1,215 nt of DNA, taken from the NCBI GenBank assembly GCA_000004985.1, contig GG739497.1; one strand, written 5' to 3'. Positions within the stretch are counted from its first letter, which is position 1. The number at the start of each line of letters is the position of its first letter. The notes under the pieces are model-generated. The model was not told where the DNA came from and searched no databases. It worked only from the letters and a program-made list of their open reading frames with translations. Both the position numbers and the translations under genes were made by a program. This stretch comes from Naegleria gruberi. Its lineage: Eukaryota. Shown here piece after piece: positions 1-1,215 of the stretch.

Positions 1-53
1 TTGGAGTTTAGAGAAATTTCATAGGAAGAATTCTTTATCATCACCAGCCCGCG

Positions 54-64
54 TAGCAGAGTGG
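54..64 (+). promoter_or_regulatory. RNA polymerase III internal promoter A-box (TAGCAGAGTGG, consensus TRGCNNAGTGG)
   Basis: Exact match to the A-box consensus at tRNA positions 8-19. This part of the tRNA is conserved in all domains, so it supports a pol III gene only together with the B-box and the T-run. Confidence 0.6.
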
Positions 65-107
65 TCAAATGCGTAAGACTTAAGATCTTATCCCGAATGG
101 GTTCGTG

Positions 108-118
108 GGTTCGAACCC
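108..118 (+). promoter_or_regulatory. RNA polymerase III internal promoter B-box (GGTTCGAACCC, consensus GGTTCGANNCC)
   Basis: Exact match to the B-box consensus in the T-arm. The A-to-B spacing is extended by the long variable arm, as expected for type II tRNA genes. Confidence 0.6.
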
Positions 119-129
119 CACCGCTGGCA

Positions 130-138
130 TTTCCTTTT
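130..138 (+). terminator. Probable pol III terminator: T-run cluster TTTCCTTTT, with T4 at 135-138
   Basis: A run of 4 or more T on the coding strand begins 6 nt after the discriminator base. This is the typical position of a eukaryotic tRNA gene terminator. No rho-independent hairpin precedes it. Confidence 0.55.
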
Positions 139-1215
139 AATCTCTCATCTCATGCCTCTAGGTGATTCCCTAAGTAAGTAGTTCAAATAGGATTTTATTA
201 ATGTATACATACAGGGGGGTTTAACAGAAATTATATCAGGATATTGTTTTTTGAAAGTGGAATATAAAACAGGAGTGTGATATAAGAGATTTTCAATGTT
301 GGTAAGTTCGCAGATGGTAGCAATGGCAGATCTGTCAGGTTCAGTTCTCATTATAATTTGGTGACAACAACAGTGACAATTATCAACTTAATTATAGACA
401 CAGCGGTGAAGTTATTAACAATATATTCGGCACAAATTGGGAAACTTTCCCCACTGTATTTGTATTTTATTAAACAAAGAGGTTTGCTCAGTGTGTGCGG
501 GCAGCACCAATGCTCTGAGATTTGACTGAGATGAAAATGAGAGGGTGGACCGATACATTTACTGACACAAGGACTTCAGGGGTCAATACATGACTCTACA
601 AGCTAACACACCAAGGTAAAGCCACGGACATGAAAAGTCAATTGTATCAATAGTACACGGTAGAATTATCAATAATCTCAACTTCCTAATAATTTGATAC
701 AAGTTGTGTGACAATACTGTTCGCTAAATGGTTTACTTATTCTATTAAATGTTTGGCTCAATTTTTTGTACTACTTTTGGTTTAATAAAACTGTTGGTAT
801 TCTCAAATAGCTATGCTGCATAAGTTACTTGCAGTGGCAACATTTCTTCACTTCAGACAAAAAATGCTGTGATTATACCCAATAACCATTTGAATATCAG
901 TAACTACAAAGTTTACTCTCAAACCAAACATCCTAATAGTGAGCTAAGTTACTGTGGAAAAATAACTGTTCAATTGATGGTCGAAGATAATTAAATTATT
1001 GAAACACATATTTTCTTCAGTTATATGCAGTAATATCTTTACATCTACAAAACACTTTAAACACGATGGTATTATATAATGGTTTAAAGTTAAGTAGACA
1101 TTTTGTGATATTTGTTAGTGCTGGCTAGTCCACATGGGAAAATTGTGGAAGTTGTTGGAGAACCTCTAATATCGTGAATCAAGCTTGTAACACTCTAAAA
1201 TACCAATATACCAAG

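Larger units (their letters stand above)
47..129 (+). tRNA. tRNA-Leu, anticodon UAA (reads UUA/UUG), type II with long variable arm, no encoded CCA
   Basis: Manual cloverleaf. The acceptor stem pairs 47-53 (GCCCGCG) with 122-128 (CGCUGGC): 6 of 7 base pairs, with one C50:U125 mismatch. Positions 8-9 are U54 and A55. The D-stem is 56-58 GCA paired with 70-72 UGC, and the D-loop contains GAGUGGUCAAA. The anticodon stem 74-78 UAAGA pairs with 86-90 UCUUA, 5 of 5. The anticodon loop 79-85 is C-U-UAA-G-A, with U33 present and a purine at position 37. The variable arm is 14 nt (91-104) with a CCC/GGG stem. The T-stem 105-109 GUGGG pairs with 117-121 CCCAC, 5 of 5, and the T-loop is UUCGAAC. The discriminator is A129. 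The D-loop (GAGUGGU) and T-arm (GUGGGUUCGAACCCCAC) closely match eukaryotic cytosolic tRNA-Leu and not the bacterial tRNA-Leu D-loop, which is GGUAGA-type. Confidence 0.85.

Noticed and set aside
1-46. Possible upstream pol III or TATA element, or a retroelement insertion hotspot 5' of the tRNA
   Set aside because: Only 46 bp are visible upstream (TTGGAGTTTAGAGAAATTTCATAGGAAGAATTCTTTATCATCACCAG). There is no clear TATA-like motif at about -30 and no recognisable long terminal repeat (LTR) or target-site duplication. That is too little sequence to call anything.
47-129. Interpretation as a bacterial tRNA-Leu marking the edge of a genomic island
   Set aside because: The D-loop (GAGUGGU) and T-arm match eukaryotic cytosolic tRNA-Leu. 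Bacterial tRNA-Leu has a longer GGUAGA-type D-loop. CCA is not encoded. The downstream kilobase has no genes or integrase. There is no direct repeat of the tRNA 3' end anywhere in the window that could mark an attachment (att) site.
145-351. 68-aa minus-strand ORF from the six-frame track (MRTEPDRSAIATICELTNIENLLYHTPVLYSTFKKQYPDIISVKPPCMYTLIKSYLNYLLRESPRGMR)
   Set aside because: It is short and low-complexity, with Tyr-, Leu- and Ile-rich composition typical of a random translation of AT-rich DNA. I recognise no motif or domain in it. It overlaps the pol III terminator region of the tRNA. The context points to eukaryote-type non-coding DNA. I treat it as a chance ORF.
456-467. Mini tandem repeat TGTATT x2, and (GT)3 at 491-496
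   Set aside because: Two or three copies of a short AT-rich unit are expected by chance and do not amount to a microsatellite.
516-540. C/D-box snoRNA-like motifs (CTGA x2, TGAGATGAAAATGA)
   Set aside because: There is no exact C box (RUGAUGA). The order is wrong: D-like CUGA lies upstream of the C-like motif. There is no terminal stem, so a C/D snoRNA call is not supportable.
987-999. 13-bp AT-only palindrome ATAATTAAATTAT
   Set aside because: It is composed entirely of A and T in an AT-rich region. Such palindromes arise readily by chance and carry no specific inference.

Overview
The only well-supported gene in this window is a tRNA-Leu(UAA) on the + strand at 47-129. It has a long variable arm (type II) and looks eukaryote-nuclear in style: perfect internal RNA polymerase III A-box and B-box, no encoded 3' CCA, and a T-run terminator just downstream. 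The remaining ~1.08 kb (130-1215) is AT-rich and dense in stop codons on both strands, with no credible protein-coding potential. The single tracked ORF (145-351, minus strand, 68 aa) looks spurious. This region looks like eukaryote-type intergenic or intronic DNA rather than a prokaryotic operon or defence island. I see no protein-coding system here. The hunt yields one observation about the tRNA itself and several small sequence curiosities: a slightly GC-richer island at 481-660, splice-donor-like GTAAGT motifs, short direct and inverted repeats, a G6 run and TATA-like motifs. All are weak and are labelled as such.
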